The notes beneath the pieces are model-generated. The model saw only the letters and a list, made by a program, of their open reading frames with translations, did not search any database and had not been told where the DNA came from. The translations under genes and the position numbers were made by a program. From positions 1,901 to 65,900 of the forward strand of contig CAZETS010000023.1 of assembly GCA_964515335.1 (NCBI GenBank): DNA of 64,000 nt, written 5' to 3'. How positions within the stretch are numbered: the first letter of the stretch is position 1; every line of letters starts with the position of its first letter. Below are positions 35,694-44,193 of the stretch, piece after piece. The stretch comes from an uncultured Spirochaetaceae bacterium (lineage in GTDB: Bacteria; Myxococcota_A; UBA9160; UBA4427).

Positions 35694-37256
35694 ATGCACC
35701 GACGACGCGTCAACGCGGCGGGCACGGCGGGTCGGTTCGCCTACTTCGTTGCGGCGGTGGGCTTGCTGCTCGGTGTCGGGGCCGGCGCGGCGCGCGCTCA
35801 GGGGGCGGCGGGGCTCGAGGTGGGTCGCATCAGCGACCTCGACCTCGAGGCCGTGCGCGAAATCGTCGACGCCGCCGAGGCGGGCGCGTCGCTCGAGCCC
35901 GCGGAGCGGCGCGCGCTCTCGCTCGAAGCGGCGGTGAAGGTCGCGCTCGAGGAGAACCTCGGGCTGCAGATCTTCGCCCTCGACGTGGCCTCGAGCGAGC
36001 GGGAGATCGACGCGGCGCGCTCGAAGTTCCATCCCGTGGCCGGGCTGACCGGCGATGCATCGGGCACGAAGCGCGCCGAGAACGACCCGCTGGTCGAAGA
36101 CCAGACGAGCGATGCCCAGCAGGCCCGAGCTCTGGTGCGGCAGGAGGTCCCGACCGGCGGTGACGTCAGCGTGGGTGTCGGCTATGGCCGCGAGTTCAAG
36201 AACGAGCTGGTCACGCAGGTCGGTGGCGGCCGGTCGAACCTCGAGAACATCAGCGAGATCGCCGGCCTCGGCATCGAGATCAGGCAGCCGCTGCTGCGCG
36301 GGGGCCGCACCTACGTGGCGCGCCAGAAGATCCTGGATGCGCGCTACGACACGGAGATGCGCCGGGCCGAGCTGCGTGCGCGGGTCCTCGCCGTGACGGC
36401 AGAAACGAAAGGCGCCTACTACGCGGTGATCGGCGCACAGCGGCAGATCGAGGTGGTCGATCAGGCGCTGGTGCGCGACGAGGAGCTGATCCGCGCGTCG
36501 GCGGCGCTCTTCGAAGCGGGACGGGTGAGCAAGGTAGACCTGTTCAGCGCCGAGATCAGCCGCTCGAACGACCGCGCCCGGCTCGCCAGCGCGGTCGCCG
36601 ATCTGGAGGTCGCTCAGAACGGGCTGCGCAAGGTGATCGGGTTGCCTGCCCACGTGCAGGTCGACGCGACGGACACGACGATTCCGTTCCGCCCGATCCG
36701 CATCGATCTCCCGGGCTGGGTGGCGCGCGCGATGGACAGCCGGCCCGAGCTGATGGCGCTCGAGAGCCGGCTCGCCAAGGCCGAGCTCGCCGTGAAGGTC
36801 GGGCGCAACGCCAAGCTTCCGGGCCTCGAGGTGAGGGGCGGCTTCTTTCCCGGCTTCGACTGGAAGAGCTGGAACTACAACGCCGGCGTCAGCTTCGACT
36901 ACCCGATCGGCAACGTCGCCGCCGAGGCGCGGCACGATCAGGCGCGCCTCGATCGCGACAAGGTCCGGCACGAGATCGCCCGCACCCGCCGCGACATCGA
37001 GCTCGAGGTGCGCGAGATCGAGATCCGGCTGCGCGAGAACACGGAGCGCGTGAAGAACCTCACGGCTGCCGTCGCGAGCGCGAGGCAGAAGCGCGAGATT
37101 GCCCGCGGCCGCTTCGAGATGGGCCTGGCCAACAACCTCGACATCACCAACGCCGACGAGGAGTTGATCCGCGCGGAGAGCATGCTCCTGCAGGCGCTCG
37201 TCGACTACGCGACGAACGTCGCCGAGCTCGAGGCGCGCGTCGGCGGCGAGGTCTGA
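35694..37256 (+). CDS. TolC-family outer-membrane efflux protein
   Basis: Only the last 520 codons of the 1725-aa track ORF are credible, from in-frame ATG 35694 (MHRRRVNAAGTAGRFAYFVAAVGLLLGVGAGAARAQ). There are two OEP repeats: LSLEAAVKVALEENLGLQI...REIDAARSKFHP, and LRKVIGLP...RPELMALESRLAKAELAVKVGRNAKLPGLEV...FEMGLANNLDITNADEELIRAESMLLQALVDY. Confidence 0.87.
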   Translation: MHRRRVNAAGTAGRFAYFVAAVGLLLGVGAGAARAQGAAGLEVGRISDLDLEAVREIVDAAEAGASLEPAERRALSLEAAVKVALEENLGLQIFALDVASSEREIDAARSKFHPVAGLTGDASGTKRAENDPLVEDQTSDAQQARALVRQEVPTGGDVSVGVGYGREFKNELVTQVGGGRSNLENISEIAGLGIEIRQPLLRGGRTYVARQKILDARYDTEMRRAELRARVLAVTAETKGAYYAVIGAQRQIEVVDQALVRDEELIRASAALFEAGRVSKVDLFSAEISRSNDRARLASAVADLEVAQNGLRKVIGLPAHVQVDATDTTIPFRPIRIDLPGWVARAMDSRPELMALESRLAKAELAVKVGRNAKLPGLEVRGGFFPGFDWKSWNYNAGVSFDYPIGNVAAEARHDQARLDRDKVRHEIARTRRDIELEVREIEIRLRENTERVKNLTAAVASARQKREIARGRFEMGLANNLDITNADEELIRAESMLLQALVDYATNVAELEARVGGEV

Positions 37257-37271
37257 GCGCGCCGCCGGCGC

Positions 37272-37898
37272 TCAGCCCGCGTCGTCGTCGAGGTCGCGCA
37301 GCTGGGCGAGGCGGCGGGCGAAGCGCTGCAGCGCCGTGACCTGGGTCATCACCGCGACGAACCAGAGCACCCAGAACATCAGGTCGTAGCCGAAGATCGG
37401 CGGACAGAAGGGCGTCGCCACGAGGCCGATGCAGAGCGTGCCGATGCGCTCGAGCCGCTCGAAGAGGTCGGGCAGGCCGCCGCGGCCGTCGCCGTCGGCG
37501 CCGAGCATCGAGGCGCGCGCCGCCGCGTAGCTGGTGATGAGCGAGCCGGAGATGGCCACCGCGACCGGCAGCCAGTGGTCGGTCACGTAGCCGATCGCGA
37601 GCAGGATGAACACGTCCTTGTAGCGATCGGTGGTGGCGTCCAGGTAGGCGCCGCTCCGGCTGCTCTGGCCGGTCACGCGGGCCACCGCACCGTCGACGTT
37701 GTCGAGCAGCTCGACCACCGCCACCAGCAGTCCGTAAGCGATCAGGTTCCGGTGCAGCGTGAAGGCGAGGGCGTTGGTTGCCGACAGGGCGAACCCGATC
37801 CAGGTGACCGCGTTGGGCGTGAGGCCGGTGCGGGCGACCACGCGGCCGAGCGCGTCCCACCAGCGGTCCATCCGATCCTTGTAGAGCTCGTCGATCAT
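37272..37898 (-). CDS. CDP-alcohol phosphatidyltransferase-family membrane enzyme (short, PIP-synthase-like)
   Basis: 208 aa, polytopic. The motif D-x2-DG-x2-AR-x8-G-x3-D-x3-D is complete: LDNVDGAVARVTGQSSRSGAYLDATTDRYKD. The N-terminus reads RTGLTPNAVTWIGF. It starts 24 nt downstream of the GNAT gene on the same strand. Confidence 0.87.
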   Translation of the reverse strand: MIDELYKDRMDRWWDALGRVVARTGLTPNAVTWIGFALSATNALAFTLHRNLIAYGLLVAVVELLDNVDGAVARVTGQSSRSGAYLDATTDRYKDVFILLAIGYVTDHWLPVAVAISGSLITSYAAARASMLGADGDGRGGLPDLFERLERIGTLCIGLVATPFCPPIFGYDLMFWVLWFVAVMTQVTALQRFARRLAQLRDLDDDAG

Positions 37899-37922
37899 CG
37901 GTGGCGCGATCCCCGGGGTCGA

Positions 37923-39110
37923 TCAGTAGCGGTCGGTGTGCCACATGAACGGATGGCAGCGCGGGAAGACGACGTCGAGCAGGGCGATGTCCTCGGCGCC
38001 CGGCGGCGTCGTCTGCCAGCCGGCTTCGCCGGCGAGCACCTCCGAGGCCGCGCGGTAGCCCATCGCGAGCTGCAGCAGCGCACCGGGCGAGAGCACGAGG
38101 TCGACCTTGCGTGTGTTCCCGGCGGCGCCGTTCAGCAGCACGCGCGTTCGCTCGCCGCCGCTCTCGACGCCGAGGTCGAGGGCGACCTGGCCGCTCGTCG
38201 AACCGCGCAGTCGCTCGCCGAGGGAGTCGGTCAGCCGGCCGAGCAGGCGCAGCGGGGCGAGCGGCATGCCGAGGCAGCCCGAGCGCTTCGAGTAGGTGGT
38301 CGTCAGCGTGGCGCCGTGTGGGGTGGCGGCGGCTACGAACGGGTGGTCGGCGGGTACGGCGCCGCAGATGCGCCGCAGGTTCGCCTCACGGGCGAGCTCG
38401 CCGAGCTTGCGCACGGCCGCGGCGTGGAAGGCGGGGCCGGCGCCCGCGACCTCGCGGATCTCGAGCCGGTCGTCGAAGAAGGTGACGCCCACGTAGCCGT
38501 CGTCGCAGAGGTACATCCGTTCGGGTCTGCGCACGAGCCACGGCCAGAGCGCCTCGCTCCGCACCAACGGGCCGCTGCCGTGACGATTGCTCTCGTTGTA
38601 GCAACGGATCAGCGTGGGCAGGTCGGCGTCGATGGACGGCCGGAAGGGGTCGTCCTGGAGCCGCGGGATGGCGCGCGCGTCGAGCTCGAGCATGTAGTCG
38701 GCGCAGAGCGGCACGCCGCCGAGCCGCGTGTAGAAGCCTCCGCGCTGCGCAAAGCCGAAGACCATGTCGAAGCCCTCGTTGCGCACCTCGCCGATGGCGT
38801 GCTCGGCGATCAGGCGCGCGTAGCCCTTGTGGTTGGCGTCCGGCTCGGCGACCACACCCTGGATGCCGGCCGTCCGCACCGGCGTGCCCGCCACCCACAT
38901 CTCGAAGTCGAGCATCTGCCACTTGGCGACGATGCGTCCTTCCTCCTCGGCGACCCAGCACAGCTCGGGCGGCATGAAGGGGCAGGTCTCGTAGGCGGCG
39001 CGCATCAGGGCCCGCAACGGGGCCACCTCGTCGGCCTTGCCGAAGACGCGGGCGGTGAGATCCGCGACCGCGTCGATCTCTTCCCTCTCGAGGCGGCGCA
39101 CGACCGTCAT
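37923..39110 (-). CDS. GNAT-family N-acyl/acetyltransferase with a C-terminal SCP2-like domain (Eis-like architecture)
   Basis: The start is taken at Met13 of the track ORF (MTVVRRLEREEIDAVADLTARVFG). GNAT core: VAEEEGRIVAKWQMLDFEMWVAGTPVRTAGIQGVVAEPDANHKGYARLIAEHAIGEVRNEGFDMVFGFAQRGGFYTRLG. A long C-terminal part is consistent with Eis/COG4552-type proteins. Confidence 0.72.
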   Translation of the reverse strand: MTVVRRLEREEIDAVADLTARVFGKADEVAPLRALMRAAYETCPFMPPELCWVAEEEGRIVAKWQMLDFEMWVAGTPVRTAGIQGVVAEPDANHKGYARLIAEHAIGEVRNEGFDMVFGFAQRGGFYTRLGGVPLCADYMLELDARAIPRLQDDPFRPSIDADLPTLIRCYNESNRHGSGPLVRSEALWPWLVRRPERMYLCDDGYVGVTFFDDRLEIREVAGAGPAFHAAAVRKLGELAREANLRRICGAVPADHPFVAAATPHGATLTTTYSKRSGCLGMPLAPLRLLGRLTDSLGERLRGSTSGQVALDLGVESGGERTRVLLNGAAGNTRKVDLVLSPGALLQLAMGYRAASEVLAGEAGWQTTPPGAEDIALLDVVFPRCHPFMWHTDRY

Positions 39111-39325
39111 GGCGGCAGAGGTTACCGGCGGGTGCGGGCCGCGCACCCGAGCGCGACCTCAGGCCGTTCCCCCTGGGCGATCTGGCTGGGCGCCGATCAG
39201 CCATGCTAGGGTCGGCGCCGGCGTCCCCCTGCCGCGCCGAATCACCGATCAGCCCCGTCCTCCGCGGGTCCGACCCGCCCCGTCGCCGGCCCACCAGCGG
39301 CCGAGAGCGACGTGCGAGGAGCTTC
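39111..39325. promoter_or_regulatory. Divergent promoter region of the putative phosphonolipid locus
   Basis: 215-bp spacer between the GNAT (-) and GT4 (+) starts. It contains the 10-nt direct repeat CCGATCAGCC at 39193-39202 and 39245-39254. GAGGAG lies 4 nt before ATG 39326. Confidence 0.4.
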
Positions 39326-40465
39326 ATGCACGTTGGCATCGTGGCGGAGTACTACCGGCCGTGGCCCGGCGGTATCTCCGAGCACGTCCATCATCAGGCC
39401 GAAGAGCTCGAACGGCGCGGTCACGCGGTCACGATCCTCACGGGGCCGGCGCCGCCCGACTGGAGCGACGCCGGACGAACGGTCGAACGGCTCGGCTTCG
39501 GGTACGAGTTCACGAGCAACGGCGCCCTGTCGCGGCTGGTGCTCGGCAGCTATCTGCTCCACTTCCGGGGGCTCCTGCGCCGGCACGACTTCGACGTGAT
39601 CCACGTGCATGCGCCGATGGATCCGTTCCTGCCGCTCGGTGCGGTGTACGCCGCCGAGTGCCCGGTGGTCGGCACGTTCCACGCGAACTTCGACCAGGGC
39701 CCGCTCTGGAATTTCCTGTATCGCTGGCTGCGGCCGCTCACCGCACCAGCCTGGGAGCGCCTCGCGGCGCGCATCGCGGTGGCCGACGAGGCGCGGCGCA
39801 GCATCGGTCGCTACTTCGAGGGCGACGTCGTGATCGTGCCCAACGGCGTCGACACGGAGCGCTTCAGGCCGGATGCCGAGCCCCTTCCGGCGCTGTCGGA
39901 GGACCGCCGTCGCATTCTCTTCGTCGGCCGTCCCGATCCGCGAAAGGGCCTGCCGCTGCTGCTCGAGGCGTTTCCCGAGGTGCGCCGGCGGGTGCCCGGT
40001 GCCGAGCTGGTGGTGGTGGGCGTGCGCGAGGAAGAGGTGCCGGAGCCGCTCGCGGCGCTCGATCGTATCGACCCCGATGCCCGGGCCGACGTCCGCTTCG
40101 AGGGCTACGCGGCGCCCGAGGACATGCCGCGCTACTACGCGAGCTGCGACGTCTTCTGCTCGCCGGCCACCGGGCAGGAGAGTCAGGGCATCGTGCTGCT
40201 CGAGGCGATGGCGGCCGGTCGCACGCCGGTCGCCTTCGCGATTCCGGGCTATCGAGACGTCGTGTCGCACGGCGTCGACGGCTGGCTGGTCGACGACGTG
40301 TCCGCCGCGGCGCTCGGAGACGGTCTGGCCGGCCTGCTCGCCGATCGGGACGCGCTCGCGCGCATCGGCGAGGCGGGGCGCAAGACGGCGCTCGGCTACT
40401 CGTGGCCGAGCGTGGTCGAGCGAGTCGACGCGATCTACAGCCAGGTCTGCGAGCGCGCGGGCTGA
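39326..40465 (+). CDS. GT4-family (GT-B) glycosyltransferase, PimA-like
   Basis: Met42 of track ORF 39203. MHVGIVAEYYRPWPGGISEHVHHQAEELERRGHAVTILTG, DFDVIHVHAP, VVGTFHANF, VIVPNGVDTERF, ILFVGRPDPRKGLPLLLEAF. E-x7-E region: GQESQGIVLLEAMAAGRTPVA. Confidence 0.87.
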   Translation: MHVGIVAEYYRPWPGGISEHVHHQAEELERRGHAVTILTGPAPPDWSDAGRTVERLGFGYEFTSNGALSRLVLGSYLLHFRGLLRRHDFDVIHVHAPMDPFLPLGAVYAAECPVVGTFHANFDQGPLWNFLYRWLRPLTAPAWERLAARIAVADEARRSIGRYFEGDVVIVPNGVDTERFRPDAEPLPALSEDRRRILFVGRPDPRKGLPLLLEAFPEVRRRVPGAELVVVGVREEEVPEPLAALDRIDPDARADVRFEGYAAPEDMPRYYASCDVFCSPATGQESQGIVLLEAMAAGRTPVAFAIPGYRDVVSHGVDGWLVDDVSAAALGDGLAGLLADRDALARIGEAGRKTALGYSWPSVVERVDAIYSQVCERAG

Positions 40466-40590
40466 ACGGCCCGCAGCTATCCTCTGGAGCGGCCGGCGCC
40501 CGGCTTCGCCGCATCGACCGCCGCCCGCTCCGGAGGGGGAGCGCCCGCACCCGGCTCGCCCGGGGCGGGCGGGAGAAGGACGGAACGAGC

Positions 40591-42201
40591 ATGACCCAGA
40601 CGAACTCGAAGAAGCTTCGCGATCTGCTCCAGAGCCCGCGGGTCGAGCAGATCCTCGAGGCCCACAACGCGCTGTCGGCCACGATCGTCGAGGAGGCCGG
40701 CGTTCCGGGGCTGTGGGCCAGCTCGCTCACGCTCTCGTGCGCGGCGGGCATGCGCGACAACAGCGAGCTGACGATGACCGAGGTGCTCGACGTGCTCGAG
40801 TCGATCACCGCGAAGGTCGGGATCCCGATCCTCTTCGACGGCGACACCGGCTACGGACAGTTCAGCCACTTCCAGCAGCTGGTCCGCAAGCTCTGCCTGC
40901 GGCAGGTCGGAGGCGTCTGCATCGAGGACAAGGTCTTCCCCAAGACGAACTCCTTCCTGCGCAGCGAGTCCCAGGACCTCGCGCCCGTCGAGGAGTTCGC
41001 GGGCAAGATCCGCGCGGGCAAGGACGCCCAGACCGACGAAGATTTCGTGATCGCCGCCCGCACCGAGTCGCTGATCGTGGGACTCGACATGTCCGAGGCC
41101 CTCGACCGCGCCGAGCGCTACGTCGAGGCGGGCGCCGACGCGATCCTGATCCACTCGAAAGTGCGGACCTTCTCGCAGGTGCGCGAGTTCATGTCGCGCT
41201 GGGAGCGTCCGACGCCCGTCATCTGTGTGCCGACCACCTACTACAGCACGCCGATCGACGCCTTCCAGCAAGCCGGCGTTTCGCTGGTGATCTGGGCCAA
41301 CCACATGCTGCGCGCGGCGATCGGAGCCATGCAGGGCGTCGCCCGGGAGATCGGCGAGAAGGGCACCGCGCGCGATCTCGAGGACACCATCGCTTCCGTC
41401 AAGGAGGTGTTCCGCCTGCAGGACGCGGACGGTCTGCTCGAGGGCGAGCGGCTCTATCTCGCCCAGGGCAGCGCCTGCTCGGCGGTGATCCTGGCGGCGA
41501 GCCGCGGTGCGGGGATGGACCAGCTCACCAGAGACAAGCCGAAGTGCATGATCGAGGTGAACGGCATGCCGGCGATCGAGCGCATGCTGCAGAGCATGCG
41601 GGCCGAAGGCATCAAGGACATCTCGGTCGTGCGCGGCTACAAGCCCGAGGCGCTCGCGCCGGCCGGCGCATCGTTCTTCGACAGCCCGCGCTGGGAGGAG
41701 ACCGGCGAGCTCGGGTCGCTCGAGGCCGCGCGGAGCGCCCTCAAGGGCGAGGTCCTGATCGCCTACGGGGACGTCGTCTTCAAGCGCTACATCCTGCACG
41801 AGCTGCTCTCGTCGGACGCGCCGATCACGATCGTCGTCGACGGCACGCGCTCGATCGTCGAGTCGGGCCGGGTCGGCGACCGCGTCAAGGTGAGCGCACC
41901 GGCCCCCGAGCGCTGGGACGAGCAGGAGTACACGCTCGAGCGGATGGCGGCCGACCTGCCCGACGAAGCAACCGACGGCGAGTGGATCGGCATGTTGCGC
42001 GCCAGACCCGAGGGCACCGAGTGGCTGCTCTCGGCCCTCGACGCCGTGCTGGCCGAGCCCGATCACGAGCGCCTCGACATGAGCGCCGTCTTCGAGCGGG
42101 TGCTGGCCGAGCATCCCGGTTCGGTGGGCGTCGTCTACGTCTCCGGCGATTGGATCGACATCAACGACCTCGCGGACGTGGCCCGCAGCGGCGGCGTCTG
42201 A
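40591..42201 (+). CDS. pepM: Phosphoenolpyruvate mutase fused to a C-terminal nucleotidyltransferase-like domain
   Basis: In-frame ATG 40591 (GGGAGAAGGA upstream) inside track ORF 39037..42201. The PepM-diagnostic EDK-X5-NS box IEDKVFPKTNSF lies at 40924-40953. Isocitrate-lyase-fold blocks: LEAHNALSA, ILFDGDTGYG, ADAILIHSK. From about residue 296 (about 41476) there is an NTP-transferase-like fold: SAVILAASRGAGMDQLTRDKPKCMIEVNGMPAIERML. Confidence 0.9.
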   Translation: MTQTNSKKLRDLLQSPRVEQILEAHNALSATIVEEAGVPGLWASSLTLSCAAGMRDNSELTMTEVLDVLESITAKVGIPILFDGDTGYGQFSHFQQLVRKLCLRQVGGVCIEDKVFPKTNSFLRSESQDLAPVEEFAGKIRAGKDAQTDEDFVIAARTESLIVGLDMSEALDRAERYVEAGADAILIHSKVRTFSQVREFMSRWERPTPVICVPTTYYSTPIDAFQQAGVSLVIWANHMLRAAIGAMQGVAREIGEKGTARDLEDTIASVKEVFRLQDADGLLEGERLYLAQGSACSAVILAASRGAGMDQLTRDKPKCMIEVNGMPAIERMLQSMRAEGIKDISVVRGYKPEALAPAGASFFDSPRWEETGELGSLEAARSALKGEVLIAYGDVVFKRYILHELLSSDAPITIVVDGTRSIVESGRVGDRVKVSAPAPERWDEQEYTLERMAADLPDEATDGEWIGMLRARPEGTEWLLSALDAVLAEPDHERLDMSAVFERVLAEHPGSVGVVYVSGDWIDINDLADVARSGGV

Positions 42202-42241
42202 GTCCGCCGCTCGAGGCCGTGAAGAAGGGAGCGCATCGGTC

Positions 42242-43411
42242 GTGACGCTCGACCCCCGACTTCTGTTCAGCGCGCTGCGCGCCGCGGGCATCCGCTCGTT
42301 CGCCGGCGTGCCGTGCTCGATCCTCACCGATCTGGTCCTCGCCGCCGAGGCGTCGGACGACGTCGACTACGTGGCGGCGTCGGTCGAGGGCGAGGCGGTT
42401 TCGGTCGCGGCCGGCAGCTGGCTGGCGGGCGGCCTCGGCGCGGCATTGATGCAGAACTCGGGGCTCGGCAACGCCGTCAACCCACTGGCCTCGCTGTGCC
42501 TGCCCTACGAGATTCCGGCGCTGCTGATCGTGTCGTGGCGTGGCGAGCCCGGGCGCAAGGACGCCGTCCACCACGCGCCGATGGGCGCGGCGACGCCCGG
42601 CCTGCTCGAGCTGTTCGGCGTGCCGGTGACCGTGCTCCGCGAGGACTCGGACGTCGAACAGTGCGTGGCGGACGCCGCGCGCTACATGCAGAAGGAGCGC
42701 AAGCCCGCCGCGCTGATCACTCCGCGCGGGCTCTTCGCGAAGTCGCAGGGGAACGCCTCGCGCCCGCCGCCGGTGCTAGCCGGGCGAACGCCGACGAGCG
42801 GCGCCGCCGCGCAGCGCTTCGAGGGCGGCGCGCTGCCGAGCCGCAGCGAGCTGCTCGACGCCTGGTTGGCGCGATTCCCCGAGGCCCCGGCGGTCTCGAC
42901 CACCGGCTACATGTCGCGCGAGGTCTCCGCGCACGGGTCCTTCGATCGCCACTTCCCCATGCAGGGCTCGATGGGATTCGCTTCCGCGATCGCGCTGGGC
43001 GTGGCGCGCACGCGCCCCGAGTCGGCGGTTCACGTGCTCGACGGGGACGGCGCGCTGATCATGCGCATGGGCTCGCTCGCCACGATCGGCGCGTGCGCGC
43101 CCGCGCAGCTCGTTCACGTGGTGGTCGACAACGGCACCTACGCGTCGACGGGCGGGCAGCTCACGGTCTCGCCCGGGGTCGACTTCGCGCGCGCCGCGCT
43201 CGCCTGCGGCTACGCGGCCGCCGCCTCGTGCCGGGGCGGGGACGCGCTCGACGACGCGCTCGCGTTCGTGGCGGACGCGGCCGGCTCGGGGCCGGTCCTG
43301 CTGCACGTGGCGGTCGACGAGCGCGAGGCCGAGGGGCTCGAGCGGCCGAAGCTCTCGCCGCAGGAGATCGCCGCGGCCTTCCGGGCCGGTCGAGGGGGTG
43401 TCCCGGCATGA
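42242..43411 (+). CDS. ppd: Phosphonopyruvate decarboxylase (TPP-dependent)
   Basis: 389 aa. FAGVPCSILTDL...ASVEGEAVSVAAGSWLAGG..ALMQNSGLGNAVNPLASL...PALLIVSWRGEPG. C-terminal TPP motif: VLDGDGALIMRMGSLATIGACAPAQLVHVVVDNGTYASTGGQ. It sits directly after the PEP mutase gene, which is the canonical gene order. Confidence 0.88.
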   Translation: MTLDPRLLFSALRAAGIRSFAGVPCSILTDLVLAAEASDDVDYVAASVEGEAVSVAAGSWLAGGLGAALMQNSGLGNAVNPLASLCLPYEIPALLIVSWRGEPGRKDAVHHAPMGAATPGLLELFGVPVTVLREDSDVEQCVADAARYMQKERKPAALITPRGLFAKSQGNASRPPPVLAGRTPTSGAAAQRFEGGALPSRSELLDAWLARFPEAPAVSTTGYMSREVSAHGSFDRHFPMQGSMGFASAIALGVARTRPESAVHVLDGDGALIMRMGSLATIGACAPAQLVHVVVDNGTYASTGGQLTVSPGVDFARAALACGYAAAASCRGGDALDDALAFVADAAGSGPVLLHVAVDEREAEGLERPKLSPQEIAAAFRAGRGGVPA

Positions 43412-44193
43412 GCGCCACTCCGCGGGCCGCGATCATCCTGGCGGCCGGGATGGGGACCCGGCTTCGTGACATGTTCTCCGACCTGCCGAAGGGCTTCGTC
43501 GAAATCGGCGGCGAGTCGTTGATCGACCGCTCGCTTCGCCTGCTCGGCGATCACGGCGTCGAGCGGGTGGTGATCGTGGCCGGCCACCTCGGCGAGACCT
43601 ATCACGAGCTCGCGAAGTCGCGGCCGGGCGTCGAGGTCGTCGACAATCCCGCCTTCGCGACGACCGGCAGCATGGCGTCGCTCGCGCGTGCGCTCGAGAT
43701 CGTCGACGAGGACCACTTGCTGCTCGAGAGCGACCTCTTCTACGAGGAGCGTGCGCTGCAGCGCGTGCTCGCCTGCGAGGAGCGCGACGTGCTGCTCGTC
43801 TCGAGCCCCACCGGCGCGACCGACGAGGTGTGGGTCGAGGCGGCAAACGATGGTCGCCTCGTCGACATGTCGAAGGCGGAGAACGAGCTCGACCACATCT
43901 CGGGCGAGCTGGTCGGCATCGTCAAGGTGTCGGCCGATGTGGGGCGGGCGCTCTCGGGCGCCTACGAGGGCTTCGTCTCGCGCCACGGCCACGGCCGTAT
44001 GGCCTACGAGATGGACGCTCTCGTCGAGGTGGCGCGCGAGCACCCGGTGCGCGTCGAGCTGGTGCCGGATCTGCTCTGGGGCGAGGTCGACTACGAGCGG
44101 CACTACGTGCGGGTGCGCGACGAGGTGTACCCCGCCTGGCGGCGCCGGGGTGTGGACGGCGAAGACGTCGAAACGGAGGCCATCGAGGCATGA
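43408..44193 (+). CDS. LicC/PntC-type nucleotidyltransferase (predicted 2-aminoethylphosphonate cytidylyltransferase)
   Basis: In-frame ATG 43408 inside track ORF 42313. ATGA overlap with the ppd stop. Canonical loop AAIILAAGMGTRLRDMFSDLPKGFVEIGG. VIVAGHLGE, NPAFATTGSMASL, LLLESDLFY. 261 aa. Confidence 0.8.
   Translation: MSATPRAAIILAAGMGTRLRDMFSDLPKGFVEIGGESLIDRSLRLLGDHGVERVVIVAGHLGETYHELAKSRPGVEVVDNPAFATTGSMASLARALEIVDEDHLLLESDLFYEERALQRVLACEERDVLLVSSPTGATDEVWVEAANDGRLVDMSKAENELDHISGELVGIVKVSADVGRALSGAYEGFVSRHGHGRMAYEMDALVEVAREHPVRVELVPDLLWGEVDYERHYVRVRDEVYPAWRRRGVDGEDVETEAIEA

Noticed and set aside
39037-40590. N-terminal 518 codons of track ORF 39037..42201, and similarly 42313-43407 and 43830-44189 for the next two track ORFs.
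   Set aside because: Arg-rich read-through frames overlapping the GT4, ppd and nucleotidyltransferase genes. Each real gene starts at an internal ATG with an SD-like sequence or an ATGA overlap.
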